DNA of 64,000 bases from an uncultured Planctomycetota bacterium (GTDB lineage Bacteria > Planctomycetota > Planctomycetia > Isosphaerales > Isosphaeraceae): contig CAWGMQ010000008.1 of NCBI GenBank assembly GCA_963823665.1, forward strand, positions 704,001 to 768,000, written 5' to 3'. The position numbers were made by a program, and so were the translations under genes. The notes below the pieces were generated by a model. That model was not told the DNA's origin. It made no database searches and was given only the letters and a program-made list of their open reading frames with translations. Below, piece by piece: positions 22,694 through 33,190 of this stretch; the stretch's first letter is position 1, and the number at the start of each line of letters is the position of its first letter.

Positions 22694-22871
22694 GAAATTT
22701 GTGGTCGCCGTGGAAGTCGAAATGGTCGTCCCGATCGATGACCCGAGTGAGCCGTGTTACGAATCGGAGACGGTTCAACTCCTACGCGAGGTCAAGGAGC
22801 ACGCCGAGCGCGGCGACATCGCGTGGCTGACGAAGAAGGGAAAGGTGTACGCGGCCGTGGAGGTTGCCTGA
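22650..22871 (+). pseudogene. Start-less copy of the 75-aa gene at 24985..25212
   Basis: Open frame IPGQRISRTRLIQTEKFVVAVEVEM...KVYAAVEVA*; AGG GGG stands where the other copy has ATG CGC. Confidence 0.75.
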
Positions 22872-22990
22872 CGGACCGTACCATGTATCGGGCGGTTCAA
22901 GACCGACCACGGAGGCTAAGCCGATGGGCTTCCTGACAGTGCAGGGGATTTACAACCCGCAATGACGCAGTCACCGCATCTCGCGAACGC

Positions 22991-23630
22991 TCACTTCAAT
23001 TCCCGCACACGAATATTCCGAAACGCAACCGGCCCATGATCGCCCTGCAATAGCAGCGGCCCGCGCGGAACCTCCTTGAGCTTCCACGCATTGCCAGTGG
23101 GCGTCTTGACTTCGACCCCGTCGTGAATCACCTGCCCGTTCAAGACGACCTTGTCGAACCGTGCGTTCTTGATCTTCTTCCCCTCACCATCGAATCGCGG
23201 TGCCCGGAAGACAATCTCGAGAATCTGCCATTCGCCGGCTTGCTTCGCTGCGTTCGTACGAGGAGGGATGCCCTCGTCGATGTGATGATACCGCGGCAGC
23301 ATCTCCGCCCGCGGATAGATCCCTCCCGCGTGTGTTGCCTTGGGCTGAGCGACCCCGAAGCTGTCATGAATCTGGATCTCGTGGAATCCCTCGAGCTTCA
23401 CTCCGGAGTTGGATCCATTGAGTATCTTGAACTCGAAATGGGCCTCGAGATCGCCAAAACTCTGTTTGGTCACGAGGTTCCTCGACCTGCCGGCAGGTCC
23501 ATTCACGATCACCGTGTCGCCATCGCCTACCTGAGGCAGGAGCCGCTCCGGGTTCTTGGGATCGGGCTCGGCATCGCAGGCCCTCTTCCAGTCGCCGGCG
23601 GGCCTGCGCCAGTGTTCGCACCCGTCTTGC
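22991..23630 (-). pseudogene. 5'-truncated DUF1080 (3-keto-disaccharide hydrolase-like) copy
   Basis: Colinear with 27673..28310; homology stops at G.EHWR; signal peptide and start absent. Confidence 0.8.
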
Positions 23631-23801
23631 GCGCGCGAAAAACAGTTTTCGGCCCGGCAGGACGCCAATCGGCTGCACGTCGTACGCCGCGATGATGACT
23701 GGGAGGAACACCTCGAAGTCGGCGTCATTGAGTATTCCTGGTAGACTATATTCTCGGGGAGTCCCGATACGACGCGCATCTGACGACGGCGAGGGGCGAG
23801 C

Positions 23802-24056
23802 ATGACGGTAAAAGAACGAGCGGATTTGGGGCAGCAAGCCATGCGGGCCTTCGACCGGGATCTCCCTCGGCTCTGGATTGAGCGGCCGGGAAAGTGGGTC
23901 GCTTACCAGGGCGAGCAATTGCTGGGCTTTGGCGCGCATAAACACGAGCTTTATCACGAGTGCTTCGCCCAGGGACTGTCACGCGAGGAATTTGTTATCT
24001 TCTGCATCGAGCCGCTCGAGACCGAGATCATGCTTGGGGTCGACTCCGACGAATAA
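23802..24056 (+). CDS. Small DUF5678-like protein
   Basis: AFDRDLPRL...RPGKWVAYQGEQLLGFG...EL pattern; acidic C-terminus. Confidence 0.7.
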   Translation: MTVKERADLGQQAMRAFDRDLPRLWIERPGKWVAYQGEQLLGFGAHKHELYHECFAQGLSREEFVIFCIEPLETEIMLGVDSDE

Positions 24057-24083
24057 GAAGACGCTTGGCTCGGAGTCAACAAA

Positions 24084-24603
24084 GTGCCGCTATTCGTCGA
24101 CCGATTGCCGTTCCATTGCTGGACCAACCACACCCGAACGCCGCCGTTATCCCACTATACGATCGTCCTCCCAGTCGTTCTGACTGAGCCGACGTTACTG
24201 GCAGCCGCCGTCACCTACCACGGCAACCGATTGGGCGCTCGACACGGGCAATCGCGGCGAGGCCTTGGCGTGGCGCCATCACTTGGTGCACGCCGGTCTT
24301 GATCCTGACGAAGGGCGGTTACCCCTGCCAATGATCATCCGCACCGTGGCGGGACAGGTGGCGGTTCCGGTCCGCGACGCCGACCTCTGGCTGGTGAGCA
24401 ACTTGCCGGCGTTGCGGGGAACTCCGCACCGGATGGTCCTCCATCGCGGATTGCCGTTCCGCGACACCTCGTCCAGGGCGGAGCCGGAATTCCAACGTCC
24501 CCTCATTCGTATCCGCGCTCTTCGTTCGGCTGGAATGAAGATCGAGATCGACTTCGCAAGAGACACCGTCTCGGTGTGGACACCGGACGTTCCTCGCAAC
24601 TAA
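24084..24603 (+). CDS. Retropepsin-like (clan AA) aspartic protease domain protein; frameshift near 24200
   Basis: Joining the frames gives ...IVLPVVLTEP...TDWALDTGNRGEALAW...PLIRIRAL...IEIDF; DTG catalytic motif at about 24241-24249. Confidence 0.6.
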
Positions 24604-24984
24604 TTGCGACGCAACTTCCGCCGGAGCTGATCGTTTTTGCGGACCGCCGCCTCGCGTAACATGTGCGTTCTCCCGACCGATCTATTCGGGAGCTGGTAAA
24701 CCATCCGGTGCTGCCCGCGCTGTTCGTCGGACGTCGTAAAACGACACCGCATCAGCCGCGATTGATTCGATATGCGCTGCGCCCGTCTTGCCGTGTCCGT
24801 GATCGAGGCCGGACAAATGGAATGTGAGCGCTGTATCTCAGGTAAGAAAGACACAGAGAAAAGCCAGAATGCACAAATACGCGACGAGTGCCAATCCAAT
24901 CGCCTCTAAATCCATCAACGCGGCGTTCCGACAGAGCGATTCGATTGACTGTTGTTGGTACAATTTCGTCGATAGAGGATAATC

Positions 24985-25212
24985 ATGCGCATCCCCGGAC
25001 AACGGATCACACGGACTCGACTGATCCAGCCTGAGAAATTTGTGGTTGCCGTGGAAGTCGAAATGGTCGTCCCGATCGATGACCCGAGTGAGCCATGCTA
25101 CGAATCGGAGACGGTTCAACCCCTACGTGAGGTCAAGGAGCGCGCCGAGCGCGGCGACATCGCGTGGTTGACGAAGAAAGGGAAGGTGTACGCAGCCGTC
25201 GAGGTTGCCTGA
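24985..25212 (+). CDS. 75-aa hypothetical protein
   Basis: GAGG RBS; TG-n-TACAAT extended -10 about 25 nt upstream; second copy differs mostly at synonymous sites. Confidence 0.8.
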   Translation: MRIPGQRITRTRLIQPEKFVVAVEVEMVVPIDDPSEPCYESETVQPLREVKERAERGDIAWLTKKGKVYAAVEVA

Positions 25213-25708
25213 CCCACCGCCGGCTGAGCGAAGGAAACGCTTTCGGCACGCTGACTTACCTGCCCGAGCAGGAAGCTCGTGCACCATCACATTTTTATCT
25301 CGAATCAACAGCGCTGGAGAGTCATCGACCGCCCGGATCTCTGTCGCTGGCGTTCAGTTGGCTTAGAGTGTCACTAAGGTTCGATCATCGGGCGGGGTGA
25401 GAACGGTAATCAAATCTCGGCCTCCGTGATCAGTCAGCCGCCCAACATGCGGCGAGCGGCTCTTCTGCGAAGACGACATTGCGCGATGGCTTGGAACGCG
25501 AGGCGCTCCGCCGAGGCGCAATTGCGCGGATTGCGGTTCGAGTTGGTGCGCGGACCCATCCCGTGTAAGATGAGAGCGGGTGTACGAGCTGCAATGCCGA
25601 GCCATGCCGAGGCAGTGGTGGCGAGCGGTCTGACTGCGGACGGATTCCGGATTGCGAGTAATCCCGGCGACTACGCATGAGAGCGCGACCAGAACGGAGC
25701 GATGAATC

Positions 25709-25996
25709 ATGGCCGAGCTAAAGAGCCAGCAGACAACCTCCCCCATTGCGGAGACCATCGACCCCTGCGGCGTTGCGGGAAGTTTGGGCGCAGTCGTGGA
25801 ACCCGCCACACGCGATTCAACAGACTCGGACAACGACCGCCCGGCGCGTGGAATCTCTGTAATTCCGATCCCTCGACGTGAAATCGCTCGGCTTCAGGGT
25901 ACCGTCCGGTTGAGCGAGCTCCCGCGCCGCAAGCCCACCATAGTCTTCGACTCGTCCCGACAGACTGGGGACGCCCAGGATCGTAGACTTCCATGA
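25709..25996 (+). CDS. Possible small hypothetical protein
   Basis: 95-aa ORF preceded by GGAG; no recognisable domain. Confidence 0.3.
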   Translation: MAELKSQQTTSPIAETIDPCGVAGSLGAVVEPATRDSTDSDNDRPARGISVIPIPRREIARLQGTVRLSELPRRKPTIVFDSSRQTGDAQDRRLP

Positions 25997-26251
25997 AGTC
26001 TTCACGCTTCCAAGGCCGGTCTTGGAGTCGCTGCTGAAAGCGCGGCGAGTTTCACGTCCGCAATTGCTTCCGCCCTACCGCGAACATCTCTCCCAGGCGT
26101 TCGCACGGTTCTTCATGCGCGTCGGTCTTCCCAGCCCAGTCGCGAGATTTTGGTAGTGGTTCGGACGGAAACCCGGGCGGAACGCGTGGAAACCCGGCAA
26201 CACTTCGTTTGTCTCGTGCACCGAAGCCCCGCTCGATCTCTGGGGTCAACG

Positions 26252-26336
26252 GCACCGCCGCGGGACGGATGGCGGTTCCGGTCCGCGACGCCGACCTATG
26301 GCTGGTGAGCAACTTGCAGGCGTTGCGGGCAACTCC
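26252..26336 (+). repeat. Internal fragment duplicated from the aspartic protease gene (24341..24425)
   Basis: GCGGTTCCGGTCCGCGACGCCGACCT.TGGCTGGTGAGCAACTTGC.GGCGTTGCGGG.AACTCC present in both places. Confidence 0.9.
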
Positions 26337-26389
26337 TTAATGGAGCAACGGGAAGTCGAATCCAGGCGGACACCCTCGGGCGCCGAGAC

Positions 26390-26470
26390 GAACTTCTGCC
26401 ACCGACGGTTTCCCCTCTGAGTAATATGTTCCGGCAAGCCGGGAGCAGCGACACGCCCTAATCGAGCCAT
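26390..26470 (-). mobile_element. N-terminal remnant of a REP-associated tyrosine transposase (RAYT / Y1 HUH)
   Basis: MARLGRVAAPGLPEHITQRGNRR matches the typical MARxxRxxxPGxPHHxTQRGNxR N-terminus; frame loses similarity after about 27 aa. Confidence 0.75.
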
Positions 26471-26582
26471 TGCCGAAAAATGTCAAGCACACAGCCGGCG
26501 TTCAACAGTTTTATATGGTGTCCCCGGAACTCCTGAATTCCGGCCACCCAGCCCAAGGAGACCCTCAGCACAGGACGTCCCT

Positions 26583-27497
26583 TCACTTGAGCTTCGGATC
26601 CGTCTTGAGCTCGGCGGCTAGACTCCACTCGACCTCTGCTGGGACCGTATGATCGTCCATTTTCAAAAGCATCGAGAACTTCTGAGTGATCGCCGAAGAG
26701 GTCATGACGCCGGCGGTGGTATCGAAGCGCCACCCCCCGGTTTGCTCCTGAGATCTTATGTTGACCTCGGTGATGAGCGAGGAACTCGTCGGTTCGATCC
26801 TCGCCCTTCCGCGTACGTCGACGCTTTGGACCGCCTCCGTCGCGCTGGTAACTGTGTGATTACTTTCCAGCACCATGATCCCCATCCCGACGGGCACGTT
26901 ACGGCGGACAAGCCAAGAGGTGCCTTTCCGAACGGGACCCTCGGGCAAGACCACTACCGCTCGTGAGAACATACCCTTGAGGCTTTTTTCATCACCCAGT
27001 ACCCTTCCTGGCGGATCTAGTTGCTTGTAGACGTCCACGAGCTTCGGTGGAACTTTGACATCACGAAACTCGCCGCGCGTCGTCATCGTAGCAGTAAACT
27101 CGCTTCCAACAATGGACCGGAAGAGTCTCGAATACAGTACTGGTGTTTCAAACGCGTCATGTTCATTTGCGGTATCCACCTGGAAATCCTTTCCCGGCGG
27201 TGATGAAGCAATCTGAAACTTGATTCGGTTTATCGTTTGCTTGACCTCGGCCGTTCCAACCTTGTCCACGCTCGTCACGTGCCAAGTTGCGAACGTCGTC
27301 AGTGTGAAGTTGTTGTGTACCTTATTTCCCTGGATGGTTGTTTCGAGGTTTTGCGTTTCGGTCAGGACGAACTCTCGCGATTCACCTTTCTGAAACTTCC
27401 ACCTCAAAGTGTTTTCCTGTGCAGCCGACAGCGCAACCGCGCCGAGTAGCACAGGCACGAAACACGGCAAGCGACTCAGTGTTCCTTCGCTTCTCAT
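26583..27497 (-). CDS. Exported beta-rich protein, DUF6263-like
   Basis: Signal peptide; LRWKFQKGE, W.V.SVD..G.AEV.QTI.RI, LPEGPVRKG.SW, FD..AG motifs. Confidence 0.7.
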   Translation of the reverse strand: MRSEGTLSRLPCFVPVLLGAVALSAAQENTLRWKFQKGESREFVLTETQNLETTIQGNKVHNNFTLTTFATWHVTSVDKVGTAEVKQTINRIKFQIASSPPGKDFQVDTANEHDAFETPVLYSRLFRSIVGSEFTATMTTRGEFRDVKVPPKLVDVYKQLDPPGRVLGDEKSLKGMFSRAVVVLPEGPVRKGTSWLVRRNVPVGMGIMVLESNHTVTSATEAVQSVDVRGRARIEPTSSSLITEVNIRSQEQTGGWRFDTTAGVMTSSAITQKFSMLLKMDDHTVPAEVEWSLAAELKTDPKLK

Positions 27498-27672
27498 TGC
27501 GGAAACTTCCCATGAACGAGTGCCGACCCATCGCGCCGCATGGAGTGCCACCATCCCCGATTCTATCAGAGACATTTATGAGTTTTGTTCCGGGGACACT
27601 CTGCATACTTGCCGTCAATCGCATCGGAAAAGGTGTCGGACATGTTTCCCTTCGGTAACGCCAGCGTGCGCG

Positions 27673-28425
27673 TCACTCCAATTCTCGCACCCGGATACTC
27701 CGAAACGCCACCGGCCCATGATCCCCCTGGAGCAACAACGGCCCGCGCGGAACCTCCTTAAGCTTCCAGGCGTTGCCCGTCGGCGTCTTCACCTCAACTC
27801 CCTCGTGAACCACCTGCCCGTTCAAGACAACCTTGTCGAACCTCGCGTTCTTGATCTTCTTCCCCTCGGCATCGAATCGCGGCGCCCGGAAGACAATCTC
27901 AAGCGTCTGCCATTCGCCGGCTTTCTTGGCTGCGTTCAAACGAGGAGGGATGCCCTCGTCGATGTGATGATACCGCGGCAACATCTCCGCACGCGGATAG
28001 ATCCCTCCCGCGTGCGTGGCGTTCGGCTTTTCAACCCCGAAGCTATCGTAAATCTGGATCTCGTAGAATCCCTCGAGCTTCACCCCGGAGTTGGAGCCCT
28101 TCGGGATCTTGAACTCGAAATAGGCCTCGAGATCCCCAAAACTCTGCTTCGTCACGAGGTTCTTGGACCTGCCGGCAGGACCATTCACGATCACCGTGTC
28201 GCCGTTACCGTCCGCAGGCAGCAGCCGCGCCGGGTTCTTGGGATCAGGCTGTGCATCGGCGGTCCTCTTCCAGTCGCCTGTCGGGTTGCGCCAGTGTTCG
28301 AAGCCCGCTTTGCCGATCAAGTCGATCCAGCCGTCTTCGCCGGGCCCGGACGCAGCCAGGCAGTGCAGCACCACGCCCAAACTTGCCAGGGCGCCAAGCA
28401 AAATCCGTTGTGCGATTGTTTTCAT
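27673..28425 (-). CDS. DUF1080 / 3-keto-disaccharide hydrolase family protein
   Basis: Signal peptide; GWIDL, GSNSGV, YEIQI.DS, GEWQTLEI.FRAPRF, LNG..V, LQGDHGPVAFR.I. Confidence 0.9.
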   Translation of the reverse strand: MKTIAQRILLGALASLGVVLHCLAASGPGEDGWIDLIGKAGFEHWRNPTGDWKRTADAQPDPKNPARLLPADGNGDTVIVNGPAGRSKNLVTKQSFGDLEAYFEFKIPKGSNSGVKLEGFYEIQIYDSFGVEKPNATHAGGIYPRAEMLPRYHHIDEGIPPRLNAAKKAGEWQTLEIVFRAPRFDAEGKKIKNARFDKVVLNGQVVHEGVEVKTPTGNAWKLKEVPRGPLLLQGDHGPVAFRSIRVRELE

Positions 28426-28801
28426 GATGATTCAAGCCGTTGCCGAGCAACAAGTATAAGCGGTGAATCCCACGCAGGCCTCCGAAGTCGCCGTTCATCC
28501 TACGACAGCATCCCGCCCCGAGCAAATCCCTTCCAAGCTCGTAGCCCGAATTGGAACGACGACATTCGAACCCTCTTCTTCGTTGGCTTCGTTCCCTTCT
28601 GTTCAATCCCTTTCAAGTTCACCGTCGCATGAATTCCAAGACCCAACCGATGCCCGACCTCCTCCACTTGTTGTTGCGGCGCGGGAGTATCGCACGAAGC
28701 CCAACTACGCTGGGCAACCGTCAGCCTCGGCTCTCCAGCCAGCCAGCTCACATCTCGATATACTTGAGAACGATCGCATCGTCGCCCCACGGAGCCACCC
28801 A

Positions 28802-29365
28802 GTGAAGCGGCCCCACATCTCGCTCGCAATGCTGATGGCGCTCATCGTCCTCGCCGCGTTCAACTTCGCCCTCGCACGTTGCCTCCTCGACGTTGACGGC
28901 TACATCCTGGCCGCAATCGTTCCCGGCGCATTGACGATCCAGCTCGCTACGGTCCAACTCATTCGCACACGGCACGCGTTCCGCGCCTTCTGGGCTGGAT
29001 TCATCGCGGGGCTGATCCTGACAGCAGGGCTCTGCGTCTGGGGCATGTTCCATGATCGACATACGACGTCACGCTTCGATCCTGCCCTCGGCAAGAGGGT
29101 CGTCATTCGGAGCCCGGGCCCTCCGATGTGGCCCGGATGGCCGAGCTATCGTCGTCATGCTTACCAGATCATCGTGAGTTCTGACTGGGGTCGTGCCCTG
29201 ATGGACCGATACGACCTGACGTCATTATCGATGTATGCCGTCGTGATGTTCCTGCCGCAGTTCCTCGTCGCCCTCGTCACCGGGTTGCTGGCACTGTTGA
29301 TCGCCTCCGTGCCGCGCATCCTCCGATTCCCTCCCGGCCCGTCTCGCAGATCTATTCCGATGTGA
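28802..29365 (+). CDS. Hypothetical membrane protein
   Basis: RPHISLAMLMALIV N-terminus, four TM segments, FWAGF motif. Confidence 0.65.
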   Translation: MKRPHISLAMLMALIVLAAFNFALARCLLDVDGYILAAIVPGALTIQLATVQLIRTRHAFRAFWAGFIAGLILTAGLCVWGMFHDRHTTSRFDPALGKRVVIRSPGPPMWPGWPSYRRHAYQIIVSSDWGRALMDRYDLTSLSMYAVVMFLPQFLVALVTGLLALLIASVPRILRFPPGPSRRSIPM

Positions 29366-32300
29366 CGATTGACCGGGCCTCGTCGACCAGGTTGCGCACA
29401 TCCTGATCGCTCGCGGCTGAGCCCGGCAGTGCGTGGTGATTTGCCTTGAAAGCAGTCGCGGCTTGTTCCAGCGTTTTCTTCGCCCCCGTGTGATCGCCCA
29501 CGCGCCACTGGGCCATCGACCGGATAGACAGGCCTGACGCATCGGGCCAGAACGTCTGCGCCCGGGCGAGCGGTTCCGCCTCGGCCAGCGTCGCGATCGC
29601 ACCCGCGTAGTCGCCCGTCCGGTAGCGGGCCAGCGCAAGCCCAAGCGCAAGCTGGTAGCGGTCGGGGCCGATGCGGCAGGCCGCCTGCGCCTGCTCGACG
29701 GCGGCGCGGGCTGCGCCTGACTCGACGCGGCGGTTGCACACCGCCGCCCATGATACCTCGTGAAGCCGCCGCACGTCCTCGGGATAGTCGCCCGCAATCT
29801 CGAGCGCCCGTCGCCGCGCCGCTTCGCTGATGGTACCGTCGGCCCGCAGCCGCTCGATCACGTGCGACCGCAGCATCGGCCGTTCAAACAGGAACCTGAC
29901 GAGGCTCTGAGCCTCACTCTCGGCCGCGCCGCCTGACGCACTGCCAACGGTGCCCCACAACTTGACAATGCCCCCGCCATGTGCCGAGGCAAGCACCCGG
30001 CCGTCGCCGCTCAAAGCGACGTCCCGCGTTATTTCATCCGCATCGAGGCTGAGCATCTCATACGCGGTCAGCGGATCCCACAGCTTGATCGAGCCGTCGA
30101 CGCCAGCGGAAACCAGTCGTGAGCCGTCGCGGCTGTAAGCGAGTGTGGTCACGTCGTTCGCGTGCCCGTGCAAGGTCCGCTTCGACCGCAGCGTACGCGC
30201 GTCGAGTAACTCGACCGCACCGCGCGCCATGGGCACCGCGAGGGTCCGACCATCTGGGCTGAAAACGACCTTCGCGCCGTAGACCGGCCCGGCAGGCAGG
30301 CTGCCCACTTCCCGGCGGGCAGCAACGTCCCAGAGCTTGAGTGTCGCGTCCGTCCCCTGGGGTCGCCGGCTCGTCTCATCCAGAGAGGCGAGCGTCGCAC
30401 CATCCGGCGAAAAGGCGACGCTGCAAACGCCCTGAACGTGCCGATGAAGCTGGCCGCGAAGCCGGCCCGTGGCTCGCTCCCAGAGCCAAACCGCCCCGTC
30501 GCCTCCGCCCGCGGCAAGTGTCGACCCGTCGGGACTGAATGCCAGCGCGCCGATTTCGCCCGGACTGCTCTGGGAAATCACGCGCTCGTCGCGCCCCGTT
30601 GCTGGGTCCCACACGCGGATCACGTGGTCGGCGCCGGCCGTCGCGAGCCAGCGCCCGTCGGGTGAAAATGCGAGCGACGAGACAACTCCTTTGTGGCGGG
30701 TGTAAAGCAACGTGGGCGCGGTGAGCGCGGGGTTCCACACATACACTGCGCCAAGCGCACTCGAGAACGCCAACCTCCGGCCGTCTGGACTGAAGGCGAC
30801 CTGTCGAACCGGGCCTTCCGCCACCAGCCCTCTGACGGTGTAAAACTCCCGGGTCGTCGACGCATCCCAGATCTTCACCGTACCGTCGGTGCCCGATGAC
30901 GCCAGGCAGCGCTCGCCGCGACCAAACGCCACGCTGAAAACCGGCCCCTTATGCCCGCGCAGGGTCAACACGCTCGCACCAGTATGGCGGTCCCACACGT
31001 TAATCAAGGAACCCCCGTCGGCAACGGCAATGCGCCGCCCGTCGGCGCTCGCCGCCAGCGCGTAGACTTCGGATCGTTGGCCTCCCAGAACCTGAACGTC
31101 GCGCCCCGTGGCCCGATCCCACACCCGCACCGTCCCATCGTCCGCGGCGGAGACCAGCTCATCTCCTTTGGGTGTGAAGATCACGCGGTGCACAGACGCC
31201 CTATGACCTGAGAACACGCGAACAATGGCGCCAGAGCTCCCATCGCGGAGGATGATCGTGTTGTCCGTCCCCGCGCAGGCAACAGACCGCCCGTCCGGGC
31301 TATACGCGACGCAAAAAGTGATCCTGCCCGTTCGTGCACGGCGCGACTCGGGCGATGCAGGATCGCTGAGCGTGGCGAGACGTCGCAGTGCGCACGCGTC
31401 ATGAACCGATACTTCGCCGTCGTTGTGCCCGACGACGATCCGTTGGCCATCGGGCCGAAAAGCGACGCTCACGATCCTGGCGCCCTTCTCTTCGCTCCGA
31501 GCCAGTTCTGTTCCAGTGGAGAACTGCCAGAGTCGCAGAGTGTTGTCTGCGCCGCTCGGAACCAGCCGCTCGCCGTCTGGGGCGATCGCCAGACAAAGGA
31601 CCGCTTCCGCGTGCCCGCGCAGGATCCTCGGTGGCTGCTCGCCCGTGAGGTCCCAGATCCGGATGGAACGGTCATGGCCCGCCGAAGCAACCCATCGGCC
31701 TGATGGATGAAAAGCCACTTCCCAGACCGAGCTCTCGTGTCCCTTCAATGTCTGGAGATCGAGGTGAAACAGCCGGTCCAGATAATGAGCCTCGAACCCC
31801 CTCAAGTCCTCCGGAATCGTCTTGCCGGGGACCAGCTCGCCGGTCGCCTGCTGCGCGCACGTAGTTCTACCGTCGAGCCAAGCCCGATGCGCCAGCGAAG
31901 CCTGCAGCCCGTACCAGCGGCGGTCGCCCAGCCGTTTCTCCTCCCGCACGTCACGCGCAAGCGCACGCTCCCTCAAGGCGAAATACGTCGAGACCACCGT
32001 TCCGGCGCAGAGCAGACCGACCGCGAGCGCGATCAGGCTCGCGACGGTCCGGTTGCGCAGACACCATCGCCACAGACGCCCGGCAGCTCCCACCGGTCGC
32101 GCCACGATCGACTCGCCGGCGAGCCAGCGCCCAGATCCTCGGCCAGTCCCTGGGCCGACTCGTACCGCCGCGATGGGTCCTTTTGCAGACATTTGAGACA
32201 GATCGTCTCCAGATCCTGATCAATCGCGCGATTGAGCTGTCGCGGTGCGACCGGCTCTTCTTCGAGCACCTGTTTCAGCGTCTGCACGGCGCTCGCCGAA

Positions 32301-33190
32301 AAGAATGGCGGCCGTCCGACCAGCACGCGATAGAGGATCGCACCCAGCCCATAGACGTCCGAAAGCGGCCCGACGGCATGCAGTCGCCCCGCCGCCTGTT
32401 CGGGCGCCATGTAGCTCGGTGTTCCGAGTATGGTGCCGCTCGCGGTCAGGTGGCTCTCGTCGCGCAGCCGCTTCGCCAGGCCGAAGTCCGAGACCTTGGG
32501 GTTTCCATCCCGATCCATCAGCACGTTCGACGGCTTCAGATCGCGGTGCACGATCCCTTGCTGATGTGCGTAATCCACGGCCTCCGCTATCCGCCGCAAA
32601 ATGGTGGCGGCCTGCCGCGGCGCGAGCGGCCCGCGAGCCTGCAAACGCTCTTCCAGGCTGCCACCGTCGATGTATCCCATCGAAAAGAAGTGCTGGCCGT
32701 CTATCTCGCCGGCTTCATAAACCGGCACGATGCCCGAGTGGTCGAGCCGGGCCGCTGCTTCGGCCTCAAGCTGCAGCCGGCGCACGTCCTCGTCCTTCGC
32801 AAGATCGCCCGACAAGATCATCTTGAGCGCCACGACGCGGTTGAGCTTGCGCTGTCGTGCCTGGTAGACGACCCCCATGCCTCCCCGCGCCAGCGGGCGG
32901 ATCAGGTCGTAATCGCCGAACGATCGCCCTGAAACTCCGTGGGGCGGATCGGCGCCGAGCACGGTCTCGTCGGCGCCGCTGGCAGGAACCGTCAACGGCG
33001 AATTCTCGGCGATGAGTCCGATCTCGGCACGCGATCGCGCAGGCGAGCAAGCTCCACTTGAACGCGACGTCCCCGACGGCTCGGCAGCAAGCATCCCGAC
33101 TGTAGCCCCTGCGCCGTCAGCCATCGTCTCATCCTCCCTCGAGGGCGGTGGATCGATGCCGGTCATTTCCTTGGTGAGATCTTCCATCAC
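29352..33190 (-). CDS. Hanks-type Ser/Thr kinase - TM - WD40 repeat - TPR protein; frameshift near 32131
   Basis: GGMGVVY, ALK, HRDLKPSN, DFG, YMAPE; one G missing in DLGRWL; many GH...V..VAFSPDG...IWD repeats. Confidence 0.92.

Noticed and set aside
26150..26210. Twice-repeated GGAAACCCGG as a riboswitch or ncRNA
   Set aside because: No recognisable riboswitch architecture and no downstream gene.
22650..27673. Repeat offsets of 2341 bp (75-aa gene) and 4682 bp (DUF1080), exactly 1:2, suggesting a triplicated unit
   Set aside because: Expected intermediate copies at about 25332 and 27332 show no similarity, and the protease fragment offset is 1911; treated as coincidence.
22991..28310. DUF1080 pair (and the 75-aa pair) as a diversity-generating retroelement TR/VR
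   Set aside because: Differences are mostly synonymous and involve all four bases rather than being adenine-specific; no reverse transcriptase in the window.
28570..28615. Pyrimidine-rich TTCGTT..CTTC repeats
   Set aside because: Possibly a dispersed intergenic repeat, but it is a single occurrence here and cannot be supported.
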